A stretch of DNA of 63,734 bases, the filler included, from Rhabdomonas costata (lineage: Eukaryota): assembly GCA_019059605.1 (NCBI GenBank). It is 29 parts of 29 records of this genome, joined end to end, with 100 filler letters (N's around TTAATTAATTAA, not from the genome) between each part and the next. Parts side by side here need not be neighbours in the genome. Positions count along the whole stretch, not along the records: positions 24,217 to 26,317 come from JAHMHO010005638.1; positions 26,418 to 28,518 come from JAHMHO010005639.1; positions 28,619 to 30,719 come from JAHMHO010005640.1; positions 30,820 to 32,919 come from JAHMHO010005641.1; positions 33,020 to 35,119 come from JAHMHO010005642.1; positions 35,220 to 37,319 come from JAHMHO010005643.1; positions 37,420 to 39,519 come from JAHMHO010005644.1; 22 more parts are not named here. The stretch is one strand, 5' to 3'. The position numbers and the translations under genes were made by a program. The notes beneath the pieces are model-generated. The model ran no database searches and was not told the origin of the DNA. It saw only the letters and a program-made list of their open reading frames with translations. This document shows positions 26,303-38,010 of this stretch, piece after piece (position 1 is the stretch's first letter; every line of letters begins with the position of its first letter).

Positions 26303-26420
26303 CTGAGAAAAACCACANNNNNNNNNNNNNNNNNNNNNNNNNNNNNNNNNNNNNNNNNNNNTTAATTAATTAANNNNNNNNNNNNNNNNNNNNNNNNNNN
26401 NNNNNNNNNNNNNNNNNTGT

Positions 26421-26613
26421 GTTGGGGTTCCCAAGGCCCCGCGTACACACACATTTTGTGCACTTCGCCGGGAAGACTTTTTCTGGGAAGACCCATCGGG
26501 CCCCACCCCCTTCTCGCCTCGCTGCCTCACGTTACTTTCTCCTGCCTCGCAGGGTTCGTGTCCCTCTCGGGACGTATGAACGTGGGTGTACGCGGGGCCT
26601 TGGGAACCCCGAC
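26421..26613. repeat. About 35-bp inverted repeat pair enclosing ~125 bp (MITE-like or fold-back)
   Basis: ggggttcccaaggccccgcgtacac near 26424 is the reverse complement of gtgtacgcggggccttgggaacccc near 26586. Confidence 0.75.
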
Positions 26614-27313
26614 TGGCGCGTTTGGAGTACTCTTCACGGGGCGCCCAACCCTCCGCGCTCGTACACCCCGGTTGGCCTGCAGGTCCCCCTTTCTCCTTTG
26701 CGTAAGCCTGGGTCCTGCCTCAGTGTGCGGCACTCACGGATGCCATTGCCCGCACTCCTTCTGTCTGTGTGCTTCCCTTCACTCCCCCGCGCTTCTTCCC
26801 ACCTGGGTGGTCTGGTCGCCGTGGTCGCTCCCCTCCCTGATCTCCACTGCCCATTCTGGGTCGTCGCTTCCCTCCCATCCTTCTCAGATCCTGCTCACCG
26901 CTTGGTGTCGCTTGTTTTCCATGGCATCTGACCCACCTCTGCTGCACCTGCTGCCACCCATTTCTGCTGCACTCCTCTTTGTCGCTGCGATTTTCCGCTC
27001 CCAATACTCTCTCCGCCACCGCTGTTCTCCTTCCTCTCTCTTGCTCCCATCCCATTCTTGCCCGTAGTGATCTCCATGGTTCCCACCCTCTGGCGCTCAA
27101 TCTTCGAATGCGATCAGCCCATCTTGTCGAGGAGACAAGGCGTCGTTTTCGATTTTAGGTATCGGAGAAGACCAAATCTACCCCTCCCTTAAACAAACAT
27201 GGCCGCGGAGAGTCGGTGGGATCAACTAACTCAGCAAGCCTACTGCAGAGGTGCGCGGCATCAACGACAAATAAGATAAGATGACAAAAGGCACTCAATG
27301 CAAAGAGCAAGAC

Positions 27314-28510
27314 CTGCACGGCAACATCAGCGTCAGCAAGCACGCGTCCCCCTATCACTTCGCACAGAGACAGCAGCCTGTGAGCCTTCACCTGAGGTGT
27401 GGAGACAGTTGGTAGGAAAATCACCCAGGGGCTTATTACAAAGGCACAGAAACATTCGCAACTGGCGTCTGAAAACCAAAGGAAAGAATCCACGCCAATT
27501 TGGTGAGCCGCGGAATGATCTCTGTCGAGCATTGGGTTCATCGGGGGGATCATCGTGGGTTTTGAGCAGAGACAGCTTCGAGCACTTGCCTTCTGCTTTC
27601 ATCAGCAATTGGGACCACCACTTTTCCACACCCTGCCTGACGGCATCTTTTTTCATCAAGGAGAGATGCCAAAGTGTGGAAACCACATCAGCCCGTGCGA
27701 CAACCTGTGGACTGAAGTGCAAGAGCCGGAACACAATGTCAATCCAATTTAATTTGAAACAATTTCCGAACGGAAGGGAAAGTCGTGCGTTGAAGAGTCT
27801 TGGCCACCCCGCCGTAACCCGCCTGCTCGACTGATGCTGGGGTACTGCAAGCAAGGTGTTTACCGGAGAGTGAGCATACAAAAACAAAACTAACTTTGCT
27901 TCAGCGTTTCACCCTGCAAGTTCGGTACTCTGAGCTTTGCTGTTATTCTGCTTATTTGGGGTGGTGTAAAAGTCGCCTACGATAAAGGAAACCTCTCTCT
28001 CCACTCTCTTTCCCATCTTTTTTCCGCACGCTTTCTCTCTCTCTCTCTCGCTCGCTCGCTCGCTCGCTCGCTCGCCCGCTTTCTCTTCCCTGCTGTTCTC
28101 GTTTTCATCCACTCCTTCCTTTGTCAAACCTCCTTTTCTCACCCCCTCTTCTCACGCCTGTCCCCCCGAAAGTTGCTTGACTTCGCAATTTTGTAGCAAA
28201 TTGTTTTGCAAGAACATCTCGTACTTAAAAATTGAAGTGCGTCGATGAAATTTTCATTGTAACTATCACGTCCAACTCCCTTGCCAAAGGAGGAGAACAC
28301 TGTGCAAGCGCCGACCTGAGCAGCGCCGAAGAAAACAGGCATCCGGTGTTGCAACCCAATGTTCCCCGTCAGCAAGGGGCCCGAGCTCAGCGCAGCTTGC
28401 ACCGGCGCAGAGCCAAGCAAAGGGCCCTCGGGGCTCTCCAGCAGCTCCACCGCACGCAGCACCGCGGTGGCCGCGCGGACCTGCTGGTTGGCGCCCAGCC
28501 ATACGCATAC
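27314..28510 (-). CDS. Degenerate class III adenylate/guanylate cyclase-like domain (exons 28510-28316, 27391-27314)
   Basis: AALSSGPLLTGNIGLQHRMPVFFGAAQ|VKAHRLLSLCEVIGGRVLAD aligns to GIxxGxxxxGxIG...xxGxxVNxAxRL; phase-0 intron. Confidence 0.65.
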
Positions 28511-30360
28511 CTGAAAGTNNNNNNNNNNNNNNNNNNNNNNNNNNNNNNNNNNNNNNNNNNNNTTAATTAATTAANNNNNNNNNNNNNNNNNNNNNNNNNN
28601 NNNNNNNNNNNNNNNNNNTGTTGTGGGGTCTTCGAGGCTCTGTGGACATACTTTACCAACTGCATGGTATATGGAATCTGGGACAACAATTCTCTTGAAA
28701 TAAGCTTCCTCATCAGAACCTCATTGAGCAACCAATCGATATTCTCCAGTTCTTAAATCAGAACCGATCCATCTATCTGTTAAACAGCCTCCATCACAGA
28801 TGTCACCATGTCATGATCTTCCAACACTGGTGGAACTGTTCTCAGTGTAGGTAACTTTAGAGATACTTGGCAACCATCCTCCATTCATTCAACTCCTGCA
28901 TAGAATTGTCCATATCAACTCTTTTATGCTCCAGAATACCCATTAGACTTGCGATAGATGCATTCTTTTTCCTGTCATTGTACTTATCTAAAATCTACTG
29001 CACTGCATTTATCCACTTCGTTGTACTTTCTAACACTTACAAACATCTACTATTCAGTAGATATGAAGTTTACTTTTGCACATTCTCCAAATATGTGGAA
29101 GACTTATGAAAGCACAGCACACAAGCCTCATACCAATTCCGTAAATTTGCCCTCACAAACTCGTTAAGAACTGCCCAGTAACGCTTCCCTTCAGTGGGCT
29201 TAGGTGTTGGGGACATTTCTATGGAACACCTATGGAAGTGCAATAGCTCTGAAAAACGCTCTGGAAACCCGCCATTCAGACGCACGCACACACACAAAAC
29301 ACAGAAAGTAGGGATAAAACTCTTGAATGGTAGATCCAAGAACACTGGACTGTGAAACGATGAACTCTCACTAGCATCAGCCGATATTTCTTCCGACATG
29401 CTTTCTCCATCGCTCCACGGCGGGTTGGAGTGAATATGAACACATCTGGACTGCACACAAAATAAAAAGCATTATGGCCCAATGCCACTGTATCCCACTC
29501 ATTTACTGTAAATACTTTGCTAGCTTATGATTCATCTCTGAATCAAACAGATCAGTGCAAGTTGTTCACCATCGAATTGTAACAAATCGGAATGAAAATT
29601 GTGGGCTATAACTTCACCTATTTTTCCACACCTAATCATGTGCAAATGGCACTTCCAACAATTGGACGCAACATTACATCTTCGTAAGGCTTATCATTCT
29701 GTGAACCTTTCTCATCCGTCACACCCTGTTCAATGTTCTCAAAATACATCTGCAATGCATCAACCATCTGTTGACACCTCGAACTGCGGCCTGCACAAAT
29801 ATTTCATCCGCTCTTCTCTGCAAATCTCTGAAACGCTCCGCCATACGGTCTCCACAAGATCTGGCTTTGTGGAAAAGATCCACCACCTGTGGTTCCACTT
29901 ACTTTTCTGGACGAAGCCATGTAAACCGATCGCCATCTTTCTGTCATTCACTATATGAGCCGTCTTCACTTACCTCCTCCATATCTGGCTCTTGGCGGGT
30001 ATGGTTCTGATATGGTTCTGCTGCCTAGACATAGTACACTTCTGGAAGCTCTGCGTCTATGAACGCATTGTCCTACTATTCAAGGTCTGATATAGCAAGA
30101 ATATCTAAACTCTATGGAGTCGCATCATCTTCATCTGCGTAATTACTTCACACTTGGTCTAACACTCGAACGTCTTCATCTTTGTTATCATCTTCTCCGT
30201 AAACTAGTATCACCAATGGAGTCTGCTCTCCACTTGTTTTCTATTCTATTGATCTGTAATCGTAAGGGGCTTTACCTTCGCTTGGTTGTGGCTCTGTAGA
30301 CTCTTGAAGGCCGAACCAAAACACCTGTTTGTATCAGTAATTTAGGTAGAATTGGTTGTA

Positions 30361-30719
30361 CTATATATTTGCAATAGGAGCACTGTTAATTGCAATCTCC
30401 TCCAGGACAAAAAATCCATCAAAGTCGTTCGTGGATACAAATACATCAGCGCTGTAATAACCTGATTCATGGTTTTGGTTGATCCTTTCGGCGTGCCTGT
30501 TGGTCTGTTTGATGGTACGGAAAGTATATTCTGCTCTTGATGTCCAGAAAGAAGATAAGACCTCTCCAAAACACTTTCTATCGCTCACCATACTCATCGG
30601 TAAACCATGGTGTCTCAATACCTCACACCAGAACAATTGTGCCATTTTGTAGGCATTCATCTCGTTATGGAACGGTATCAACACAACCATCTTTGTAGCC
30701 ATATCTGTAACACAACCAC
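30361..30719 (-). mobile_element. Decayed Ty3/Gypsy LTR retrotransposon integrase core; the rest of the contig (28619-30360) is probably further element debris
   Basis: TKMVVLIP...AQLF..EVLRHHGLPMSMVSDR...FW...QTNRHAERINQ; a frameshifted RIVVP...QLVKYVH lies near 28640-28695. Confidence 0.8.
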
Positions 30720-30999
30720 NNNNNNNNNNNNNNNNNNNNNNNNNNNNNNNNNNNNNNNNNNNNTTAATTAATTAANNNNNNNNNNNNNNNNNNNNNNNNN
30801 NNNNNNNNNNNNNNNNNNNCTCTCTCTCTCTCTCTTTCCGACTACTTCCACAGTCATAGGGAGCTGAAGAGCCGCTCACCTGGAAAGGTACCACACAAAG
30901 GGCAAGGGATAGTTGTTACGGAATCGTTTGCACCAGTTCTCCCACACCCCCATCCTCCGTGCACGATGCCCAACAGGAGTCCCCACCACAGAGGATAAC

Positions 31000-31526
31000 C
31001 TTGAAGAAGGCCAACATCGCGGCCACGGCGACGCAGCCAGCAGTCTCATCAACATCAGTAGTATTGCAGTAAGTCTTATCAAAGGCGCAGAAGCCAGCAG
31101 TCATGGCTTGCTTGAAGAGGCCTGTGACAACCACACCCATTTCAGGCACAAGAACAGCCACCACAGAGGGCCAAGGAGCCATGGTAATGCCGCAATGCCG
31201 CGCGTTGAGAGAGACTCTCAATCTCCGAATCACCACATTCACACCTTTGCGGTATTCATCGGTGTAGGCAATAGTGTGGCCCAGGGTGGATACGGACTTC
31301 GGAAGGCCCGATTCACGTTGGTGGGTGGCCTGGTCCATGCAGGCCTTCCCGCCCAAGGGGTCCAGGATGTTCATGAACCACATCTCCCCTTTGGTGCTCC
31401 CCCGGGTGACAAGCTGCTCCGGGGTCTGCACCTTCGGCAGACGCTCTTCCTCGCCCGTGGCCCCTGCGTCCGTGGCAGAGCCGAAGTGGGCGGTCATTGT
31501 GTCCATACCAAAAGAAGACACCACAG
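31000..31526 (-). CDS. PP2C/PPM-like protein with altered motifs (exons 31526-31245, 31121-31000)
   Basis: WFMNILDPLGGKACMD (cf. FFGVFDGHGG) and LFKQAMTAGFCAFDKTY...TAGCVAVAAML (cf. LxxAFxxxD...SGxTA); phase-1 GT-AG intron. Confidence 0.55.
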
Positions 31527-33029
31527 CTGACACCCACGAACCAACGAATCCACCAGACCGCCGCGAGAGTTGCGAGCACTGCGCCGGAGCTAGCAGACAG
31601 CCAGGCACAAGGAAAGGGCAGCAAAGAAAAGTCTTCACAAAGACGGCGCAGAATAACAGCACGAGCACGAACGGATACTTTTCACAACACACGCACGAAA
31701 CCGAGCACAGGATGGGGCAACAGACACCTTTTTAAACCCCCTTGGAGCAGCCGAGGCCCGCTCTTTTAAGAATTTAAAGAATTGTGGGACCTGACTACCG
31801 TTCATTCAAGAGAAGCCCACCAGGTCGAAAACGGGCCACTATCCGAAAAGCGTGAATGTCGATGGAAGCAAAATTCTACCACGCTGATACTAGCCCCATT
31901 CTGGTGGGCACAATGCCTTTGAACGGGTAACCTACAGCGTGAAAGATCGCTCGAACTACTCCCCGATAATCGTTCAGTATGTCTGGAGCGCTTTTCTTGA
32001 ACCAGGCCGATGCCGATACACTCAAAGGACGTCCGTCAGTGGGCACTCAGAATGTCAGGAATGTCAGCAACACGGGTGGGGTGGAATAAAATACGGTTAC
32101 AACAAAAAAGCTTCGGGAATGCATGGAAAGGGAAACGACGGAGTAAGGTACAACACTAGGCAATCGAAAAAAACGAGGATGCGCAAAAATAAAATCAACC
32201 CGAAGGAAGTGGCGACAATAACGCGCTTCTTTCCCATTTCTCTGCCATCCAGATGTACAGCTGCTTACGGTTGTGGGGTCAACCCTTGCCATTCGGTGCG
32301 CAATACTGGCTCAAGGTTTCGTTCCAAAAGACTTGCACTTATAGTATAAAAGAACAGAAATACGGCTGCAAATAACGAACGACCAGAGGAGGAAGCAATT
32401 ACCCGGAAATACCCTCTGAGGAACCCGAAGAGGGCGACCCCGGAAAATTCAGAACGAGATTCTGTTCACTCATTGGCGGAGTTGCTTACTGCAACCACCT
32501 TCGAGGACACTTGCCCAGCTTAAACACAATGCTATCTGCGCTTTTGGAGCCAAAAGGAGTAGAGCTGTCCTTCCCATTCTTGTAAATGACTTCAACCTGA
32601 GAAGAGCAAAAGAGAAAGAGAGGAACGCAAGGTTCCAAATGTTCAATTGCACGAATGCTGCTCGCTCAACCCATGGGAGACATATCAGCCAGCCTTGTTT
32701 CAACTTGTGTTGTTGTCGAATTGGAAGTGGATTCACGAGCCTCGCTGTGGTCATCCATGACCAAAAGAAGCAACGATGCGCCCGGATTTCCGCCGAAGCA
32801 CAGGAAACGGCTGCGCGCTGATCTCTGCTAGTCCCTTCCATACCTCATCTAAATTGTACAATCTTGTGCCACTTCTTGACCGCAGCAGCCGGAGGATTTG
32901 ACGGGGGCACCAACAACAANNNNNNNNNNNNNNNNNNNNNNNNNNNNNNNNNNNNNNNNNNNNTTAATTAATTAANNNNNNNNNNNNNNNNNNNNNNNNN
33001 NNNNNNNNNNNNNNNNNNNTGTGGGTGGG

Positions 33030-33170
33030 TGAGGTGTGCTCTTAAACTGCAGAAAAACCTAACCACGAAGCAGCTCGACATTCTCCATATACGCATGTGC
33101 ACACGTGCGTATATGGAGAATGTCGAGCTGCTTCGTGGTTAGGTTTTTCTGCAGTTTAAGAGCACACCTC
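33030..33170. repeat. Near-perfect ~140-bp palindrome at a contig start
   Basis: tgaggtgtgctcttaaactg...tatacgca and tgcgtata...cagtttaagagcacacctca are exact reverse complements around a short centre. Confidence 0.95.
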
Positions 33171-34733
33171 ATCCTCCTTCGACCAAACTGCTTCTGCTCA
33201 CTTCTGCTGCTGAATGGGGCTGAATGGAACAAGCGAAATAACCCTCGCCGGAATGGTGTGAATATGAACACCCTGTGCCAGTGGTTTTCAAAAGGGTCTT
33301 GACTGAGCAGCATTCGCAGGAGCGTAGCATCGCATTTTCTGTTTCTGAAAGTGACGTGCAAGTGACTTCAAGGCGGCATTGGAGGAGACTGGCAGCCTGC
33401 CCGCGACTGTTTTCTCGAGAGATTCATATCTTCTTCCTTTATACCGTAAACTTGTAAAGTTGTCAATGGGGGGGGGGCGTGTTGTACACCTTATGTCGAA
33501 TTCCCGCAAAAAGTGGGCTGGGACTCGTCTTATACGTCGCGTCTTGTAAGCTACGTGCCCGACTACCTTTATTTGAACATGAGGGAACATACATTTGTGC
33601 GACAATGCCAGGCAAAGCATACTCTCCTCCCATAAAAACCGAGATACGCAACGCCACCTGCCGTGAATTCTGAAATTCTGGATCACCCTTTTGTGACGTT
33701 GGTGCGCACTCTCACTTTCAGGACGGGACGGCTCACCGAAAGATCTGCCAGTCGGGACATGATGAAGTTTCGGTGCGTGCGAGTGTGGGTGCGTATGCGC
33801 CAACAAAACCATGCCTTGTGCACGAAATGTGTGTGGGCGTGTGTATGCTCGCGCGCTCAGTATATAACAGGTTCCCTTGGCCTCCACCTACCTCTTGGCC
33901 ATATGTGTGCATGCCTCAGGTTCGAGGCTGCGTTTCAGAGTGAGGTTTCGCAAAGAGGTTTTTTAAAACGGAAAGGGACTCTTTCCTGTGTGCATGACAT
34001 ATCCCTTCCTTTTCTGTCGCACTGTATATCCAAGCAGTCCATACACGACTTCGACCCCTCCCATCATCTATGGCTTTTTTCCGTCTCCCAGCTAGGCCTA
34101 CATTGGCTTCCTTTCTGTTCCCGGTTGTCCCGAACCCCACACATGTTTGTTTGCAAAGGCATTTCGCGGTGAGGGTGCTGAACACTACGGAACCGACGTC
34201 CACTGAGTATGGTCTAGCGAAGGCTGTGGTCTCCGATGCGGTGTGTGTTTGTTCGTTTGAAATTACGTCAGTTCAGTTTTTCTTTGTTCAGGGAAGTTTC
34301 AATCACATTTCAGAGTTTACTAGCAGCTTTTCTACATAGGGCTGTGGTTATGCACCTTGGTTGGCATGTTGAAGGGTCCATGTCAATTCGACTTGACCGT
34401 GTTTTTCAAGTGCCGCTTGTTGACATTTGCAGGAGTAAATAGTAACCTTGAGGTATCGGCACGGGCTGCGTAACATATCCGAGGCTAATCGCAGGAGTGC
34501 GCACTTCCTCCTGGCCCGGTGGCACGGGACCATGCCATGCCGACAGTTGTATTCGTTTGTGTGCGCACTATTTGAAGATTTCCAAAGAGTTCGAAGTCGA
34601 TTCCTGTACTTTAGCATTTTGCAGCTTGTAAAGCAAACTGCGTCTTGCATGCTTCACTTCAAACGGACATGCCCATTTCACACTTCACTCGGACATGCCC
34701 ACCTGCATCGCGTATGCGCACGTGTGTGTGCAG

Positions 34734-34901
34734 GGTGAGGCTGGCCGGCGGATCGGGCTTTCGGCACGGCGATCTTCTGCGGCAGGGCAGCTGGTAGACG
34801 CCATGTCGAGGGTGGAGAATAACAGGAAAAATCTGCACCATGACTACCGAGCTCTGCTGCAGAGGATGCGCTCGGAGGACGAGCGGAAGGGGCGGCTGTA
34901 A
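34734..34901 (+). CDS. Probable terminal exon of an unknown multi-exon gene
   Basis: gtgcag acceptor, then GEAGRRIG...DYRALLQRMRSEDERKGRL*; several exon-like blocks upstream (33720-34240). Confidence 0.4.
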   Translation, partial: GEAGRRIGLSARRSSAAGQLVDAMSRVENNRKNLHHDYRALLQRMRSEDERKGRL

Positions 34902-35783
34902 AATAGACCTGCACAGACGTGGTCGGTCTGTTTTGTCGGTTGCACTCCAGCTGTGTTCCTCAACTCGCCGTGTGTGTGCTTGTCCCTGGGCAGTGCGGGG
35001 GGATGACTGTCTTCATGTCACAGTGTCGAGGTGTTGCATTTCTCGCTATGCCTGGTGAATTTACGCATGTGTTCGTGGTCAAAGCTTGCGTGATTGTTTG
35101 TTGTCTCGCCCTGTCTGCGNNNNNNNNNNNNNNNNNNNNNNNNNNNNNNNNNNNNNNNNNNNNTTAATTAATTAANNNNNNNNNNNNNNNNNNNNNNNNN
35201 NNNNNNNNNNNNNNNNNNNGTGGTTTTTTTTTGAAAGGCAGAGGATGGAAAGGTCGGTCAAAAGGCACAGCTGCGGCGTTCTGAAACAGAGGTGAGGTTG
35301 GCCAAGTGCTGGTGTAGGCGTAGCGTGGTAGGGAGGAGGGGTGTGTACATCAGATCCTGCCCATCTTGGTTTTGCATAGTTTGCTCATATACATACGCGT
35401 TCAACAGAAAGAGAATTCCAGGCGAGTATCTCGGATGGCAGATGAAGATCAATGACAAACTGTGGTGTCTTGCCTCTCCAGTCAGGTGTGCATGTTACCA
35501 AGAAGCTGATGGCGCCCATCTCTCGTTCCTGTTGTTCATAACAAGTGTATAAGATGAGGATGAATCCAGCTGTTTCTGATCGCTTGAAGTCATCTAATTC
35601 AAGGAATTCGGTCCAGCTCACATAGACTGCTGCCGCATTTATGAGGTTTTTGTTTTTTATACAGAGTAAACAGCACGTTACAATTTGCTCCAAGCCCTTT
35701 TTCCAATTTTGTTAGTTGACGATTGCTTCCGGGTCAACAGTGTACAAGGCGTACCCAACGTACCACCCTTTAATTATTTGACG

Positions 35784-36381
35784 ATGCCCAACCACACCAA
35801 GGATGCGCCTGCTTCGGGAAAGTCGGGTTGGGCGTGGTGGCTCGACAAGCTTATCATCATTGCCGTGTTCGCGATCACCGGGAGCTCTGTGATGTTCGTG
35901 GTGCGGCCCTTCCTTTCAAAAGTGTTGGACATCGAGGTGAACAATTTGCGTTTTCGTCGCGTATTGCCCTGGGATTTACATTCGTCGGGCGCCCCTTTCT
36001 GTACTTTCTGCTTGATTTTCATTTTAAAGACTGTTTGCACAGAATTTTAATGTATGTGGGTCTGGACTCACATACAGGTGGGCATGTTTTGAGCTCGGGT
36101 TTCAAGCGACTCAACACCGAATACATAACCTAAACACGCGAATTCGGGTTATTGGCCTCGCATACATGACGCAAAATGTTATGCTGCCCGGTGTGCAGGG
36201 TTCGCTGCGGAACGGTCCCAACAGCTTTCGACTGATGTATGTGCTACTTGTCCCGCCGATCTACTCTATTCTGTTGGTCTGCCTGGGCACCCTCGTGGGA
36301 CGACGGAAGTACTTCACCAAGGTGGCCCTGCGAATGTGGGGCCGGATACTGCCCGCCTCCATTGTGAAAAAACTGCAGTGA
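35784..36381 (+). CDS. Complete 111-aa membrane protein, DUF6787-like (exons 35784-35936, 36199-36381)
   Basis: IIIAVFAITGSSVMFVVRP...E|GSLRNGPNSFRLMYVLLVPPIYSILLVCLGTLVGRRKYF; phase-0 intron; ATG to TGA intact. Confidence 0.75.
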
Positions 36382-36735
36382 GTGCCTTCATCGGGTGATC
36401 AGGAATCGCAGAGCGATGTTTACTGGTGTTTTTTTTCTGTGGATTGAGGAGGAGCTGCGCCATTTGAATATGCGGCGGGACATATTGACGCTATCGGGTG
36501 CTTCTCTGAATCTTGTGTGCGGCCGAGTGTGCATTTAAAAATACAGCAGTTGCCGGACTCCTGTAGATTCCCGATTGTGCAGCTTGAACATCACTCTTTA
36601 AAGGACAAAGGCCTGCAGTTTATGCAGCATAGCCTTCGTTTATGTCCCATGTCTGTCAGCAAAAAGATGTCATGATTTTATGGGCCCCTGATGGAGAAGA
36701 AGATGGGCGTGCACACAAACAGACGGCCGAGCATA

Positions 36736-37319
36736 CGTAGAATACGAGGGCCGTGCATGCGCAACGTGAAATGTGCCAGTGTTGTGCTACGGTCTAGTCG
36801 GTAGTTGCCCTCCGAATTGGGACTCGCCGAGGTTAGAGTTCGCTGCTCCGTTCCCCAGGGATACAACCCATCGAGAGTTCGGGAGTCGCCACGGCCCCCT
36901 TGGATGCCTAGAAAGGCGTTGCCGCAAAAGGCACCGGCCAAAAACGCCACCTTAGCAAAATTTTGTTCGTTCCGAGCCGTCGGGCGCGCCGCACCCGAGC
37001 AACGCAGAAAGCGCAAGTACTAGTGGAACGTTCCCTTCGGGCGATGTGAGAGGGTTTTTAACGGGACGAGCCCGTGTGTTTCCTGAATTTGGGTTGTCCC
37101 GCGCGGCCTGTCAGTTCCTTTGCTTGCAGAAAGTTGCTGCCATGCCCGCTCTTTTTCAAAGACCCCCGATGCATAAGTTGCTACGACCGTTACCTCCGAT
37201 GCTTGCCCGCCGTCGCAATCGTAGAATACGAGGGCGGTGCATGCGCAACGTGAAATGTGCCAGTGTTGTGCTACGGTCTAGTCGGTAGTTGGCCTCCGAA
37301 TTGGGACACGCCGAGGTTA
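36736..37319 (+). repeat. Direct repeat of ~100 bp with ~484-bp spacing; second copy truncated by the contig end
   Basis: 36736-36835 and 37220-37319 differ at about 3 positions. Confidence 0.92.
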
Positions 37320-37526
37320 NNNNNNNNNNNNNNNNNNNNNNNNNNNNNNNNNNNNNNNNNNNNTTAATTAATTAANNNNNNNNNNNNNNNNNNNNNNNNN
37401 NNNNNNNNNNNNNNNNNNNGTTTTTTGGGTCTTCCTCTTTTCTTTGGTTGTTCTGATTCTTCAGCACGCTCTTTTTCCTTTGTTTTATGCATTGTTTCAC
37501 CGCTTCGTGATGTCATTTATAATTTA

Positions 37527-37850
37527 TCGTGAGCATGATTTGGCTAATTGTTGTAGTCCTGTTTATTGCGTTATTGCAGGAAATGTGAACTGTGGCAAGA
37601 CATCATTATTAAAAATTCTGCTTGTTCATAAAGAGCCACATTATGAAAGAATTGTAGTATTGTAGCCACAAATGAATACAGCGACGTTATCGATTGTGAG
37701 CTGCTTGATTTTGTGCCGGATTTTGAATTTTTTGATCGTGAAGTTCGTAACTGCTTCATAGTCGAAGATTGCGATACTAAATCATTATCTAAAGTGATCG
37801 CTACACCTTGGGGCGGTTCTTGGGAGTCTACGCGTCGCATAATAATAATA
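37527..37850 (+). pseudogene. Decayed A32/FtsK-HerA-like packaging ATPase (Polinton/PLV-type)
   Basis: REHDLANCCSPVYCVIAGNVNCGKTSLLKILLVHKEPHYERIVV, stop and frameshift, then EYSDVIDCELLDFVPDFEFFDREVRNCFIVEDCD (Walker A and Walker B-like); AT-rich and intronless. Confidence 0.6.
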
Positions 37851-38010
37851 AAGATATTTACGTTTTTAGTCAGGATGTATTGGATGTATTACCACAAATC
37901 CGAAGACTTGCCAGCTTGCAGACTTGCAGACTCTACAGGAACTTTTCCGTTAAAAAGTTTAAGTGTAATCATTTTTTCGATTGCAGGGCCGCTGGATTTG
38001 TTGTTCTTCT

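Noticed and set aside
30916..31692. Unspliced 258-aa ORF with W..ILDP.G resembling tetravirus/nodavirus capsids
   Set aside because: A good GT-AG intron lies inside it, and the spliced product fits PP2C motifs better.
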